Notes: generated from the sequence alone by a model not told the origin. A stretch of DNA of 64,000 nt from Capsulimonadaceae bacterium (GCA_965215505.1 OZ244065.1:5152001-5216000); one strand, 5' to 3'. Positions 27,454 to 37,228 are shown, counted from the first letter of the stretch. Numbers and translations: made by a program.

Positions 27454-29073
27454 TCAGCGGAGTGTCAGCAGCCACGCGCCGAGCAGGCCCAGCGAGGAGG
27501 CCAAGGCCAGCACGGCGGGGATGCAGCCAACCTTGCCGACGCCGCCCGGCAGGGCGTCCCCGCCCGCGCGCACGACGCGGACGCGGACTTCGCAGGTCAT
27601 GTCGCGCCAGACGGGCTTGGGGCCGAGCAAAGTCTCCGTCAGGATGCTGGTCGTGAAGGTCACCTCGGCCCGGTAGTCGCCCCCAGCCAGGCCCACGGCG
27701 TCCACGGCGAAGCCGAGATACTGCGTCTCGCCCGGCTCGATCCAGACCGCGCGCAGGTCGCCGGGGTAGGTCAGCCACTTGGGGCGCGTGTGCAGCCGGT
27801 CCACCCGCAGCCGCGTTGGCCCGATGTTGCGGACGCCCAGGTGCAGGACGCCGTGCTGGCCGTAGCGCACCAGGCCGGGGTCCGGCTCCTGGACGCAGGC
27901 GATGCCGGGGTGGTCGCCGTTCGCCGGCTGGCCCGCCGGTGCCGGCGTCGGCGGCGGGTGGTGCAGGTTCTCCGCCAGCGGGACCGTGCCCGACGCCTCC
28001 TCCGGGTTGATGCCCCGGACCAGGACGGGGACCGCCACCGTCTGCTCCGGCCAGGCCGCGCCGGGCGGCGGCGCGGCGGCCAGCAGGCCGTCGTTCGAGC
28101 GCACCGTCAGGGTCGCCTGGTACGCGCCCGGCTCCAGACGCGCCCCGGACAAGGTCCAGATCAGGTCGCCACCCGTGCCCGGCGCGAGGTCCACCGGGTT
28201 GAAGCGGTTCGGCAGGTTCAGCCAGACCACGTCCGAGGCCACCGATTCGACGTGCAGCGGCGCGTCCCCCTCGTTGTCCAGGGCCAGCGTCACGGTCGTG
28301 CCGCCGCCGGGGGCCAGGGTCGCCGTGGGCGGGGAGAGGCCGCAGACCAGGCGCGCGCCCAGGCGCGTCCGCACCGCGCTGTCTGCCTCCATGTCGGCCG
28401 CGTCGAAGCCCAGCAGGGCGGCCATGCGGGCGATGGCGTCCAGCTTGTACCGCAGCTCCTCGGCGGACTGTGTCGTCTGCTGCATCTCGGTCAGGTTCCG
28501 CAGCAGGCGCGTCCGCGCCTCAGTCCCCGCCTCGTCGTCGGCGGGCCTGGCGGGCAGGAACTCTTTATAAAGCTGGCACAGGCCGACGAAGTCCGCGCGG
28601 GTCGGCGTCCCGTCCGGTCCGGCAAGACCCGGCGCGCGGGCGAAGTCGGAGAGCAGGGCGATGTCCGGGAACCGGCCGTCCACCAGGACGTTTTCCGCCG
28701 TCACCGCCCCGTGCGCCAGCCCCGCGCCGTGGGCATAGTCCAGGGCGTCCAGGAGGGGCAGCAGTCGGGCGTGGAGCCGGTCGAAGGCGCGCAGGGCGAG
28801 GTCGGACAGGGCCAGCCGCAGGTTGCAGCCGCTCACCCAGTCCCGGATGACATAGAAGCCGTCCCCGTCGCGCAGCCAGCGCCGCGTCGGGACGATCCGG
28901 GGGTGACGCAGGGCCAGCGCCTGCGTCGCCCGCGTCTTCGCCTCGTCGCCGGGCAGCCGCTTGATCAGGACGCGCCGCCCCCCCTCCGGCTCCCGCGCCG
29001 TCCAGGCGGCTGCGCCGGACGCGGAGGGGGGGAGGGAAAGCACCTCTTCAAACTGTGACAGGACACGGTCCAT
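27454..29073 (-). CDS. Ser/Thr kinase-like (probable pseudokinase) + two BACON/Ig-like domains + C-terminal TM
   Basis: VLIKRL, LRHPRIV, ALDYAH..GLAHGAVTAENVLV, LSDFA; repeats L.N.G...L.V......WL and L..G.Y.A.(L/V)T; hydrophobic C-terminus after GC. Confidence 0.78.
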   Translation of the reverse strand: MDRVLSQFEEVLSLPPSASGAAAWTAREPEGGRRVLIKRLPGDEAKTRATQALALRHPRIVPTRRWLRDGDGFYVIRDWVSGCNLRLALSDLALRAFDRLHARLLPLLDALDYAHGAGLAHGAVTAENVLVDGRFPDIALLSDFARAPGLAGPDGTPTRADFVGLCQLYKEFLPARPADDEAGTEARTRLLRNLTEMQQTTQSAEELRYKLDAIARMAALLGFDAADMEADSAVRTRLGARLVCGLSPPTATLAPGGGTTVTLALDNEGDAPLHVESVASDVVWLNLPNRFNPVDLAPGTGGDLIWTLSGARLEPGAYQATLTVRSNDGLLAAAPPPGAAWPEQTVAVPVLVRGINPEEASGTVPLAENLHHPPPTPAPAGQPANGDHPGIACVQEPDPGLVRYGQHGVLHLGVRNIGPTRLRVDRLHTRPKWLTYPGDLRAVWIEPGETQYLGFAVDAVGLAGGDYRAEVTFTTSILTETLLGPKPVWRDMTCEVRVRVVRAGGDALPGGVGKVGCIPAVLALASSLGLLGAWLLTLR

Positions 29074-29149
29074 ACCCTATCAGTCTACCGCAAAACGGGC
29101 GAAAAGCGGTGACCGCCCCGCAACAGCGCGAACGGGGTATAAACACGCC

Positions 29150-29503
29150 ATGAAACTGTTTTCCACGCGGACGCACGGCGTCCTTGACTATTCCTCGGTC
29201 GTCCTGCTGCTCGCCCTGCCCCGAGTTCTGGGCTGGAGCAAGCCCGTCACAAACCTGCTGACCGGCTCGGCCCTGGCGACGCTGATTTACAGCCTCCTGA
29301 CCCGCTATGAGCTGGGCGCGGTCAAATGCCTGCCGATGCCCGCCCATCTCGCCCTGGATCGTACAAGTGGAATCGCCCTCTGCGTCGCGGCGGGGGCGAT
29401 GTCGAACGAGCCGGCCCCGGTGCGCGCGGCCCTGCTGGGCCTGGGCCTGTTTGAAGTCACCGCGTCGCTGACGACGGAAACCGCCCCGCGCCCCGAGGCT
29501 TAA
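29150..29503 (+). CDS. Small membrane protein (SPW-repeat-like)
   Basis: STRTHGVLDY, YSLLTRYELG....PM..HL.LD. Confidence 0.75.
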   Translation: MKLFSTRTHGVLDYSSVVLLLALPRVLGWSKPVTNLLTGSALATLIYSLLTRYELGAVKCLPMPAHLALDRTSGIALCVAAGAMSNEPAPVRAALLGLGLFEVTASLTTETAPRPEA

Positions 29504-29547
29504 CGCGCCTCGGCTTGTGGGTACAGAATGGCCGGAGGCCTAATCGC

Positions 29548-30000
29548 ATGACTGTTGGACAGATAATGACGGCGTACCCCGAGGTGCTGGGGCCGGAGGA
29601 CACGATCCAGAAGGCGGCCAAGATGATGCGGGACCACGACTACGGCGTCATCCCGCTCGTTGACGGCGACAGCGCCCTCGTCGGCATCGTCACCGACCGG
29701 GACATCGTGGTCAAGGCCGTCGCCTCCGGTCACGGGCCGGAGACGGCCCTGCGCGAGTGCATGACGCCCGATCCGGATTCGGTCCCGAAAGACATTCCCA
29801 TTGAACACGCCCTGCATGTGATGAACACGCGCCAGATTCGCCGCCTCCCCGTGGTCGAGTATGGCCGGCTGATCGGCATGATCTCCCTTGGCGACATCGC
29901 CAAGAGCCAGACGCCCGGCGCGGAAACGCTGAAGACATTAGAGAGCGTCTCGGCGGGCGGCTCCGAGGTCCGCCCCGGCGCGGGCCTGCCCGAAGCCTAG
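29548..30000 (+). CDS. CBS domain protein
   Basis: [45 protein letters not shown]. Confidence 0.9.
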   Translation: MTVGQIMTAYPEVLGPEDTIQKAAKMMRDHDYGVIPLVDGDSALVGIVTDRDIVVKAVASGHGPETALRECMTPDPDSVPKDIPIEHALHVMNTRQIRRLPVVEYGRLIGMISLGDIAKSQTPGAETLKTLESVSAGGSEVRPGAGLPEA

Positions 30001-30004
30001 CCAC

Positions 30005-30691
30005 ATGACGCCTTTAGAAATCGCGGAGCGCCTGCGCGGCGGCCTTGTCGTCTCGTGCCAGGCTTTGCCGCGTGAGCCGCTTTTCGGGTCCGACATCATG
30101 GCCCGCCTCGCCGGCGCCGCCCAGGCGGGCGGGGCGGCCGGCATCCGTGCTAACAGCCCCGCCGACATCGCCGCCATCCGCGCCGCCTCCGATCTGCCAC
30201 TCATCGGCCTGTCCAAAGTAGACGTGCCCAACTTCGACGTCTACATCACGCCGACACTGGCCGACGCTTTGGCTGTATCACAGGCGGGCGCGGACGTCAT
30301 CGCCCTCGACGCCACTTCCCGCCCGCACCCGGAAGGGCTGACGGCGGATTTTATCCGCCGCGTCCGCGCCGAAACCGGCAAGCCGGTCCTGGCCGACATC
30401 TCCACCGACGATGAGGCACTGGAAGCGCAGGAGGCCGGGGCCGATTTTATTTCCACCACCATGTCAGGCTATACCCCCTACAGCCCGCAGTCGGAGGAGC
30501 CTGACCTGGACCTCGTCCGCCGCCTCGCTGCCGTCCTGACCGTCCCCCTCATCGCCGAGGGCCGCATCGCGACGCCCGAACAGGCGCGGGCCGCGCTGGA
30601 CGCCGGGGCCTGGGCGGTCATCGTCGGCGGGGCCATCACACGGCCCCAGCAGATCACCGAGCGGTTCCTACGGGCGATCAAGGGCCGATGA
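30005..30691 (+). CDS. nanE: N-acetylmannosamine-6-phosphate 2-epimerase
   Basis: [46 protein letters not shown]. Confidence 0.93.
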   Translation: MTPLEIAERLRGGLVVSCQALPREPLFGSDIMARLAGAAQAGGAAGIRANSPADIAAIRAASDLPLIGLSKVDVPNFDVYITPTLADALAVSQAGADVIALDATSRPHPEGLTADFIRRVRAETGKPVLADISTDDEALEAQEAGADFISTTMSGYTPYSPQSEEPDLDLVRRLAAVLTVPLIAEGRIATPEQARAALDAGAWAVIVGGAITRPQQITERFLRAIKGR

Positions 30692-31581
30692 CGCTCTCCC
30701 TCGGCATCGACATCGGCGGCACGAAGATCGCGGGCGGCATCGTCACAAGCGAGGGCCACGCACTGCTCTCGGACCGCCGCCCGACCCCGCTGACCGGCGG
30801 CGCGGCCATTCTGGAAACGGCCCTCAGCCTTGCTCGCGTACTGCGAGACGCCGCGCCCGAACCTTTGACTACCATCGGCGTCGGCACGGGTGGGCAGGTA
30901 GATGCAAAACGCGGCGTCATCGTCTCCGCCACCGACCTTCTGCCCGGCTGGGCCAGCACGGACGTCAAGGCGGCTCTCGAGCAAGCTTTCGGCCTTCCCT
31001 GCTCCGTGGACAACGACGTCAACGCGCTGGCCGTCGGCGAAGCGCGCTTCGGGGCCGGGCGCGGCCTAGAAACCGTCCTGTACCTCGCCCTTGGAACCGG
31101 CGTCGGCGGCGCGCTGCTTTTGAACGGTAATGTCCATCACGGCGCGACCTGGACCGGGGGTGAGTTCGGCCACCTGCTGCTGACGACCGACGAAGCCGCG
31201 CCGCGCAAGACTTTGGAGGATTGGGCCGGCGGGCCTGGCCTGCTCCGGACGTACCGCGAGCTGACCGGGGCCGGGCTGGAAGTCACCGGCGAAGCCGTCG
31301 CCGCCGAAGCCGCGCAAGACCCTGACGGCCCGGCGGCGCGAGCCGTCACCCGCACCGGCGAATGCCTCGGCTTCGGGCTGGCGGGCCTCGCCAACGCCCT
31401 CGACCCAGACTTGATCGTCATCGGCGGTGGGCTGGTCGCCCTGGGCGACGCCCTGCTGGACCCCGCCCGCCGCATCCTGCGTCGGTATGCCCTGCCCGGC
31501 CCCGCTCGCTGCCCCGTCGTTCCGGCCGCGCTCGGGGCGGACGCGGCGGTCATCGGCGCGGCGGCGCTGGGGATGACCTAG
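30688..31581 (+). CDS. ROK family sugar kinase (NanK-like by context)
   Basis: [32 protein letters not shown]; lacks the CxCGxxGC zinc motif. Confidence 0.88.
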   Translation: MTLSLGIDIGGTKIAGGIVTSEGHALLSDRRPTPLTGGAAILETALSLARVLRDAAPEPLTTIGVGTGGQVDAKRGVIVSATDLLPGWASTDVKAALEQAFGLPCSVDNDVNALAVGEARFGAGRGLETVLYLALGTGVGGALLLNGNVHHGATWTGGEFGHLLLTTDEAAPRKTLEDWAGGPGLLRTYRELTGAGLEVTGEAVAAEAAQDPDGPAARAVTRTGECLGFGLAGLANALDPDLIVIGGGLVALGDALLDPARRILRRYALPGPARCPVVPAALGADAAVIGAAALGMT

Positions 31582-31654
31582 CCCTAGCGGAAAGGCGAGA
31601 GAACAGAAGGGCGAGAGAACAGAAGGTTCGCCTCCACGCCGCGCTGGCCTAACC

Positions 31655-31681
31655 CGTAGGGGCGAACCTTGTGTTCGCCCT
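31655..31681 (+). repeat. GTAG-type REP palindrome
   Basis: CGTAGGGGCGAACCTTGTGTTCGCCCT; near-identical inverted copy at 51130-51157. Confidence 0.75.
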
Positions 31682-31709
31682 TCCCATCTGGTCAACCCTC
31701 GCAAAAACC

Positions 31710-33251
31710 ATGTCCACACCACTCACCATCGCCCTCGTCCCTCTGGACGAGCGTCCCGTCAACACGCGCTACCCGCAAATGCTCGGGGCCATCGGCGGCG
31801 CGAACGTCCTGCTGCCGCCGCCCGGAATCCGTGGATTGCAGCGCGCCCCTGCTGACCTGGAGGCCGTTGCCGATTGGCTCCAACAGGCAGCGGCGACGGC
31901 AGACGCGGCCATCGTTTCCGCCGACTACCTCGGTTTCGGCAACCTCATCAATGCCCGCATCTCCCAGGACAGCGCCGCCCGTGTCCTCGCCCGCCTGGAC
32001 CTGCTGGCGACGCTCAACCCGACCTGCCCCGTCCACGCCTTCTCCCTCATCACCCGCGTCTCGAATGCCGACGACGCCGTCGAGGAGCCGGAATATTGGA
32101 CGCAGTGGGGGACGAAGTTTTACCGCTACGCCCGGCTGGCGCATCAGGCCGAGCGCGAAGAACTGGAAGACGCGGACGAGCTGGCGCGGCTCGACGAGAT
32201 GCTGCCGCCCGACCTCAAAGCGGACTGGCTGACGCGCCGCCTGCGGAACCACACGGTCAACCTGGGCCTGCTGGACATGGCCGGGCGCGGGCAGATCACG
32301 TCCCTGCGCCTGACCTCCGACGACACCAGCCCCCTCGGCTTCCCTTCGCGCGAGCGGGACTGGCTGCGCGGCTGGCCCCGGCTGATCGGCCCCGCCCTTG
32401 CCGACCGCGTGATGATGCATCCTGGCGCGGACGAGGTCGGCTCCGCCCTGCTGTCCAAGCTGCTCCTGGAGCGGGCCGGCGGGACGCCGCGCGTCGGCAT
32501 CCTCTACAGCCACCCCGGCGATGATACCCTCGTCGCCCCCTATGAAGACCGCCCCGTGCGCGAGACGGTGGAGGGTCAGATCCGCGCCTGCGGGTGTGAA
32601 GTCGCCGATACGACCGATGGCTGCGACTTCCTCCTCGGCGTCGCCACCCCCTCGCCCCGCCGCACCGACTTCCGCCCGGAGTACGAGGCCGAAGACCGGT
32701 TGCAGCGAACGCCTGTCTATCACGCCTTCCTTGCCCAACTGGCCGCGTGGCAGGAACGCGGCGTCCCCGTCGCCCTCGCCGATGTCGCCTACCCCAACGG
32801 CTCCGACTCGCTCCTGACCGCCCTGCTGCTGGCCCCCGACGCGCCGCTCGCGCCGAGCCGCCTAGCCGCCTACGGTGCCTGGAACACAGCAGGCAACACG
32901 TTAGGCGTCGTCGTCGCCCAGGCCGCCTGCTCCCTCCTGATGGGAGACGACCCCGCCCGCGCCCAGGCCCAGCGCATCTTCCTGGCCCATCGCTTCCTGG
33001 AAGACTGGGGCTACCAGACCGTCACCCGCCGCGAGGCCCGCGCCGAGTCCGAACGCCTGTGGAACCGCCGCGACCCCGACCCGGACGACCCCGCGCACCA
33101 ATCCGCCCTCAGCGCCTTCATCGAAAGCCGCCTCGCCGCCCGCCTCCTCGACCTCCAGGCGCGCGGCATCGGCACGGGCCTGCGCCTGACGCCGGAAAGC
33201 ACCCGCCTCCCCTGGCGACGGACATTCGAGGTGGATTTTCGGCTGGAATGA
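31710..33251 (+). CDS. DUF4127 family protein
   Basis: VPLDERPVN, DDT...G....E, PGADEVG, PYEDRP, ADVAYPNG.D, YGAWNTAGNTLG, EDWGYQ, LPW.RTFEV. Confidence 0.85.
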   Translation: MSTPLTIALVPLDERPVNTRYPQMLGAIGGANVLLPPPGIRGLQRAPADLEAVADWLQQAAATADAAIVSADYLGFGNLINARISQDSAARVLARLDLLATLNPTCPVHAFSLITRVSNADDAVEEPEYWTQWGTKFYRYARLAHQAEREELEDADELARLDEMLPPDLKADWLTRRLRNHTVNLGLLDMAGRGQITSLRLTSDDTSPLGFPSRERDWLRGWPRLIGPALADRVMMHPGADEVGSALLSKLLLERAGGTPRVGILYSHPGDDTLVAPYEDRPVRETVEGQIRACGCEVADTTDGCDFLLGVATPSPRRTDFRPEYEAEDRLQRTPVYHAFLAQLAAWQERGVPVALADVAYPNGSDSLLTALLLAPDAPLAPSRLAAYGAWNTAGNTLGVVVAQAACSLLMGDDPARAQAQRIFLAHRFLEDWGYQTVTRREARAESERLWNRRDPDPDDPAHQSALSAFIESRLAARLLDLQARGIGTGLRLTPESTRLPWRRTFEVDFRLE

Positions 33252-33252
33252 C

Positions 33253-33292
33253 AAAAACGGCTGGCCCTCGCGTTTGCGAGGGTCAGCCATTT
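33253..33292. terminator. Probable bidirectional intrinsic terminator
   Basis: AAAAAC-GGCTGGCCCTCGC-GTTT-GCGAGGGTCAGCC-ATTT. Confidence 0.7.
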
Positions 33293-33355
33293 CAGAATGG
33301 ACGGTTATAGGTAATCGGACGGCACATGCTGGGGGCGGTGATTAAATTCCTAGAG

Positions 33356-35149
33356 CTAAAATCGTATACCGAGAAGGCCACCTTGCTCAGTATCATCTGT
33401 AAGGGTTAAGCGAACGTATTCCTTGAAATCAAAATCAGGTGAAAACTCTCCCCAGGGAACATTATCTGAGTTCAGAGTGCAAATATATTGGAATGATTGG
33501 TCCGATGAGGTACTGGCCGCTAGTTCTAAAGCGTTTTTAACCTGCCGCTCGTCCACACCATCGAAAATGATGCTATCGTGAATGAGGAATCTAGGCGATT
33601 TCGGCTTTGCTGCCCAAAGTTCAGCAAGCATCAGATCGTAGCAAAAAACTTTCATGTTGCCAATGCCGTCGCTACCATCTCGCTTGATGATAACGTCAAA
33701 TTTGAAGCCGACTGCGGTCACATCGATGATCAGAGTGCCTTGTACGTCATAGATCATCTCCGAGTTGGAATTAAATACTGCGATAGCTCGCTGGCGCTGT
33801 GCAAGGCGCTCATCATAGTCGTCTCGCATCCTTTGTTGAAGTTGCTCTAATTCGATCCTGAACTGGCTCTTACGTTGCTCAAGTCCACGGATGGCACTGA
33901 TCTGAACCTCCAAAATGTTTAGGCTTGTCTGCGCGTCGAGAAACAACTTTTGGAGGCGTGTATACTCTTCTAGCGCGCCATGCGTTCTCAGTATTTCCAT
34001 GTTGAACGCGCGGTTCGTACTCTTCGATTCAATCTCGCGCGTTCTGTTTGCGACCTGGCGTTCCAGTCGCTCGATCTCGGCGGCCAAGAAGTTCTTCCTA
34101 TTTCTGACAACCTGCCGATGAAACTCCTGAACGTCCTCGAGCCTACGTTGTACGATCTGCGGGAAGGTAATACCTGCCTCTTCATAAAGACGTGCTAACT
34201 GTGCTATGTCTAGTTCAGCCTCATCATCAGCAGAACGGTAGAGATCAGCAACCTGAGTATCTGCAACGTTGGCATTGATGAGGGAATGAATTTCTTCCGT
34301 GAGCCGATCTACTAGGATGTTGATGTCCCGATAGCGTAGATGAACCTGGAAACTATCAAGTGCCTTCTCTTCCTGAAAAAGCTTCTGTTGGAGTTGGACT
34401 CGATTGGCTTCTAGTTGGCCCAGTAGTCTTCTTGGGTTTCCTTGAAGCTGACTCGCGAGAAGGCGAGTGCGTTGTTCAAGGTCAGCCTTTTCGTCTTTCT
34501 TCTCCTGGAGATCACTCGCATCCTCCCAGGCAAGCTCGAGAAGAAAGGCGTTATTGACTTGTTTGTCCCATTCTAGTTGCTTGCGGTGTTGTTCAAACGG
34601 GATTGTATATGAATCTTTCCCTAGCCTGATAAAATAAGAGATCAGGCTGCGGAAGGTTGGCTGGTAGGTGCGTGAACTATCTGGGTGAAGGCCGAAAAGA
34701 ATCTTCCCTAAGAACTCTCTCCAATCTTCGATAGAGAGAGTGTTTTGGCCTGGGTCTATCCCATTGAGGCTCCCCTGTCCCCCCACGAAATTATCCTCAA
34801 GATCATCAGGCGCAGAGTCAACTTCGGCTGTCTTGTAGTTGAACGGGCTGGTCACGGTCACGGTCTTAGCATCATCTGTACGCCGCGAAACCACAAGAGT
34901 TTCGCCCTGAATAATCATCTCTAATGTGTATGTCCAGCCGAGAACCTTTATTGAAAATATGCCACCGTCTTTTCGGGTAGCTCCGCCTAAACAGAAGTGA
35001 ATGATTTCAATCAGGGTTGATTTCCCCAAGCCGTTGCGTGAGTCTTTTTCTGTAGACGTATCTGCACGCTCGGCAAGAATCACGTTCAGGCCGCTAGTAA
35101 ATTCGACATCCTGGAAGCTTTCCTGGTCGCAACGAACCGCTTTAATCAT
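33356..35149 (-). CDS. SMC/Rad50-like ABC ATPase with DUF2326 (ABC-three-component / Lamassu LmuB-like)
   Basis: GLNVILA, Walker A NGLGKST, PTFRSLISYF.R, long coiled coil, MKVFCYDL, FLIHDSIIFDGVDERQ, FQYICTLN, GGLLGIRF. Confidence 0.9.
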   Translation of the reverse strand: MIKAVRCDQESFQDVEFTSGLNVILAERADTSTEKDSRNGLGKSTLIEIIHFCLGGATRKDGGIFSIKVLGWTYTLEMIIQGETLVVSRRTDDAKTVTVTSPFNYKTAEVDSAPDDLEDNFVGGQGSLNGIDPGQNTLSIEDWREFLGKILFGLHPDSSRTYQPTFRSLISYFIRLGKDSYTIPFEQHRKQLEWDKQVNNAFLLELAWEDASDLQEKKDEKADLEQRTRLLASQLQGNPRRLLGQLEANRVQLQQKLFQEEKALDSFQVHLRYRDINILVDRLTEEIHSLINANVADTQVADLYRSADDEAELDIAQLARLYEEAGITFPQIVQRRLEDVQEFHRQVVRNRKNFLAAEIERLERQVANRTREIESKSTNRAFNMEILRTHGALEEYTRLQKLFLDAQTSLNILEVQISAIRGLEQRKSQFRIELEQLQQRMRDDYDERLAQRQRAIAVFNSNSEMIYDVQGTLIIDVTAVGFKFDVIIKRDGSDGIGNMKVFCYDLMLAELWAAKPKSPRFLIHDSIIFDGVDERQVKNALELAASTSSDQSFQYICTLNSDNVPWGEFSPDFDFKEYVRLTLTDDTEQGGLLGIRF

Positions 35150-35155
35150 TTTGCT

Positions 35156-35386
35156 CTAGCATTGCTGTTGCCTCACCACCAGCCCATCCTCTAGTGTGAT
35201 AGCGTTCATAGTGTAAAGGAAATCAAGGACCAAGACGAAACGCTGGAATGTCCCGATTTCAGGTATGGTACGAACCTCATTCCAAAGACCAACGACAGTT
35301 TTAGGTTTCGCGAGCCTTCTGAGAATCAACGCACCAATTCCAAGAAATGACCGTTCGAGAGGAATATGTTTGGTCGGCAGGATCAA
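35156..35386 (-). CDS. ABC-three-component middle component (LmuC-like small helical protein)
   Basis: MILPTKHI...S.LG.GA.IL..L, T...LW, F..FVL.LD.LY; TTG start overlapping upstream stop. Confidence 0.8.
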   Translation of the reverse strand: MILPTKHIPLERSFLGIGALILRRLAKPKTVVGLWNEVRTIPEIGTFQRFVLVLDFLYTMNAITLEDGLVVRQQQC

Positions 35387-36129
35387 TGCTCAAATACCTC
35401 ACACTTCTGGAACAGATAAGCTAGGATGGACAATGCGGCAGCCTGTTTCATTATATCCACGCTACCCTGGCTGGCGAAAGTTCGGAGAGCGGAAAAGAGG
35501 GCGTCGCCTGTAAAACCATCCGCGCGGAGTTTATTATACTGCTCAACAAACCCGGCCTTCAATCGTTCTGGAAAATCATCATCGATCACAACCATGTGGT
35601 CGATGAATTTCTGAACTTCAGGCTGCTTTCCGTATCCTATTTTGAACTCGTTCAGTATTGCTGAACTCAAATCGTTCTTACTCATCTTAGCCTCGGGCGT
35701 CAGAACCATGAAGTCCTCTGTAGGGTTATGGGGTTTTCCGAGGATGAATCTTGAAACCGTCTCAAGCTCGGTGAAACCGACAGCAAGCATTCCCTTATTA
35801 AGTTCAGCGTGTACCCAGGTTTCGTGGTTAAACTTGATCTCTAGCAGACTTTCAACGGTGTAAGTGCTTTCCTGCTTGTCAATCAAAGGATGGCATCTGC
35901 CGCAGACATACATGAGATTTGGATACAAGTTGCGCTCTGCGGCGGGTTGTAAGGAATCATAGCGGGCTGAATCTGGCTTCTCCCCTTTAATGTGGGCGAT
36001 ATAGCCTAAGTTCTGGACCGCATCAAGAGCAGTGGCATCCTCTGTCAAAGGCGCTCTGCATCTAGCACAGAAACCACCGCTTCTCATTGCTAGGATGTTC
36101 TGTTGCTTGATAGCAATCGTGCTACTCAT
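35383..36129 (-). CDS. HNH endonuclease effector with ABC-3C C-terminal domain (LmuA-like)
   Basis: SGG.CARC, AHI.G....ARYD, NL..VC..CH..ID; C-term K...N.LS, FPERLKAGF, GDALF, YLFQKCEVFE. Confidence 0.85.
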   Translation of the reverse strand: MSSTIAIKQQNILAMRSGGFCARCRAPLTEDATALDAVQNLGYIAHIKGEKPDSARYDSLQPAAERNLYPNLMYVCGRCHPLIDKQESTYTVESLLEIKFNHETWVHAELNKGMLAVGFTELETVSRFILGKPHNPTEDFMVLTPEAKMSKNDLSSAILNEFKIGYGKQPEVQKFIDHMVVIDDDFPERLKAGFVEQYNKLRADGFTGDALFSALRTFASQGSVDIMKQAAALSILAYLFQKCEVFEH

Positions 36130-36501
36130 CAGTTATTCAACGCTATATTTGTGAAGTTGATCTTGTAGATGTGTTCACAAGGCTAATGTTGCGTCGCTCC
36201 TCTATTCTACCGCAGAACTGGACAAAATCAGCGCACAAATATATACCATTTTATTGTTAATCGAACACAAATTTGGTGGAGATTTTCGGGGCCAAATCGC
36301 CAAACACAATCCAACTCAGCAAAGAAGCACAAGATGGTATCACCACTTCTTTAACGGTTTCAATGAGACTGGCGCGGTGCTGCATGTTTGCCTCATGTTT
36401 CTGCCACCTACTGAACAGTAAAGAGATGAAAGGGATGGGGACACAAAAGAGGAAGAAATCAAAGTCGGGAGCAGACTGGGCTACCCTGGTTTGGGGAAGA
36501 A

Positions 36502-36573
<72 letters not shown>

Positions 36574-36589
36574 ATGAGGAGACAGCGTT

Positions 36590-36618
36590 ATTATACTGCC
36601 TCCGTTACGTTCTGTCAA
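36590..36618 (-). promoter_or_regulatory. Consensus sigma70 promoter of tRNA-Val
   Basis: TTGACA-17 nt-TATAAT on minus strand. Confidence 0.85.
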
Positions 36619-36633
36619 GCGCCGGGCCGGAAC

Positions 36634-37140
36634 TCAGAGGGTGTGCGCTTTCGTCGCCGGGGCGGCGGGGCGCGGGGTGCGGTGTAGCCAGCGATGGGGC
36701 GTCGGCGCTGCCGCCGTGTCGGGGGCGGGTCGGAGGACGGGCAGCGGGTCGGACAGGGCCAGAAGGCCGCCGAGCGAGTCTACCGGTTTGCCTTGGACCA
36801 GAAGCTGGACGCGGCTGATGGTGGGGAACTTGCCCAGGGTGCCGAGGATGGCGTTCACGGTGCGCGTCTCGCCGCTGTCGCCGCCGGTGAAGTTGTCGCG
36901 CAGCTCGCGGGAGAAGTTCGCCGTGGCGAGGCCGTCGGCGATGCGGACGGAGAGAAGCTTGGTCCCTGTCGGCAGGGGGCTGTCGGGCCGGGCGGCGAGG
37001 GCGTTCAGGGCGTCCTGCGCCGGGGCGGGCGCGGCGGCGGTCGCCGGGGCGGAAACGGGAGCGGCCCCGGCGGGCACGGTTAGAAGCAGCGGCCCGGTCA
37101 GCAGGGACAGGGCGGCGAGTGACTTGGTCCAGACGTTCAT
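36634..37140 (-). CDS. Secreted GerMN domain protein
   Basis: Signal peptide; SPLPTGTKLLSV.I.DG.A.ANFS, GG...E....AI..TL..F..I.RVQLLV.G. Confidence 0.85.
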   Translation of the reverse strand: MNVWTKSLAALSLLTGPLLLTVPAGAAPVSAPATAAAPAPAQDALNALAARPDSPLPTGTKLLSVRIADGLATANFSRELRDNFTGGDSGETRTVNAILGTLGKFPTISRVQLLVQGKPVDSLGGLLALSDPLPVLRPAPDTAAAPTPHRWLHRTPRPAAPATKAHTL

Positions 37141-37228
37141 CTTGATTTCCTCCCATCGCGAACGAACACGGCGATTGAATCGGAACCGTCAAGCGTATCT
37201 GGTTCAGTGTTACCCCCTGCCCAAGAAA

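Noticed and set aside
27343-29058. 571-aa plus-strand ORF (also 26144-27676, 18542-19903, 61492-63237)
   Set aside because: Arg/Gly/Pro-rich shadows opposite motif-supported genes
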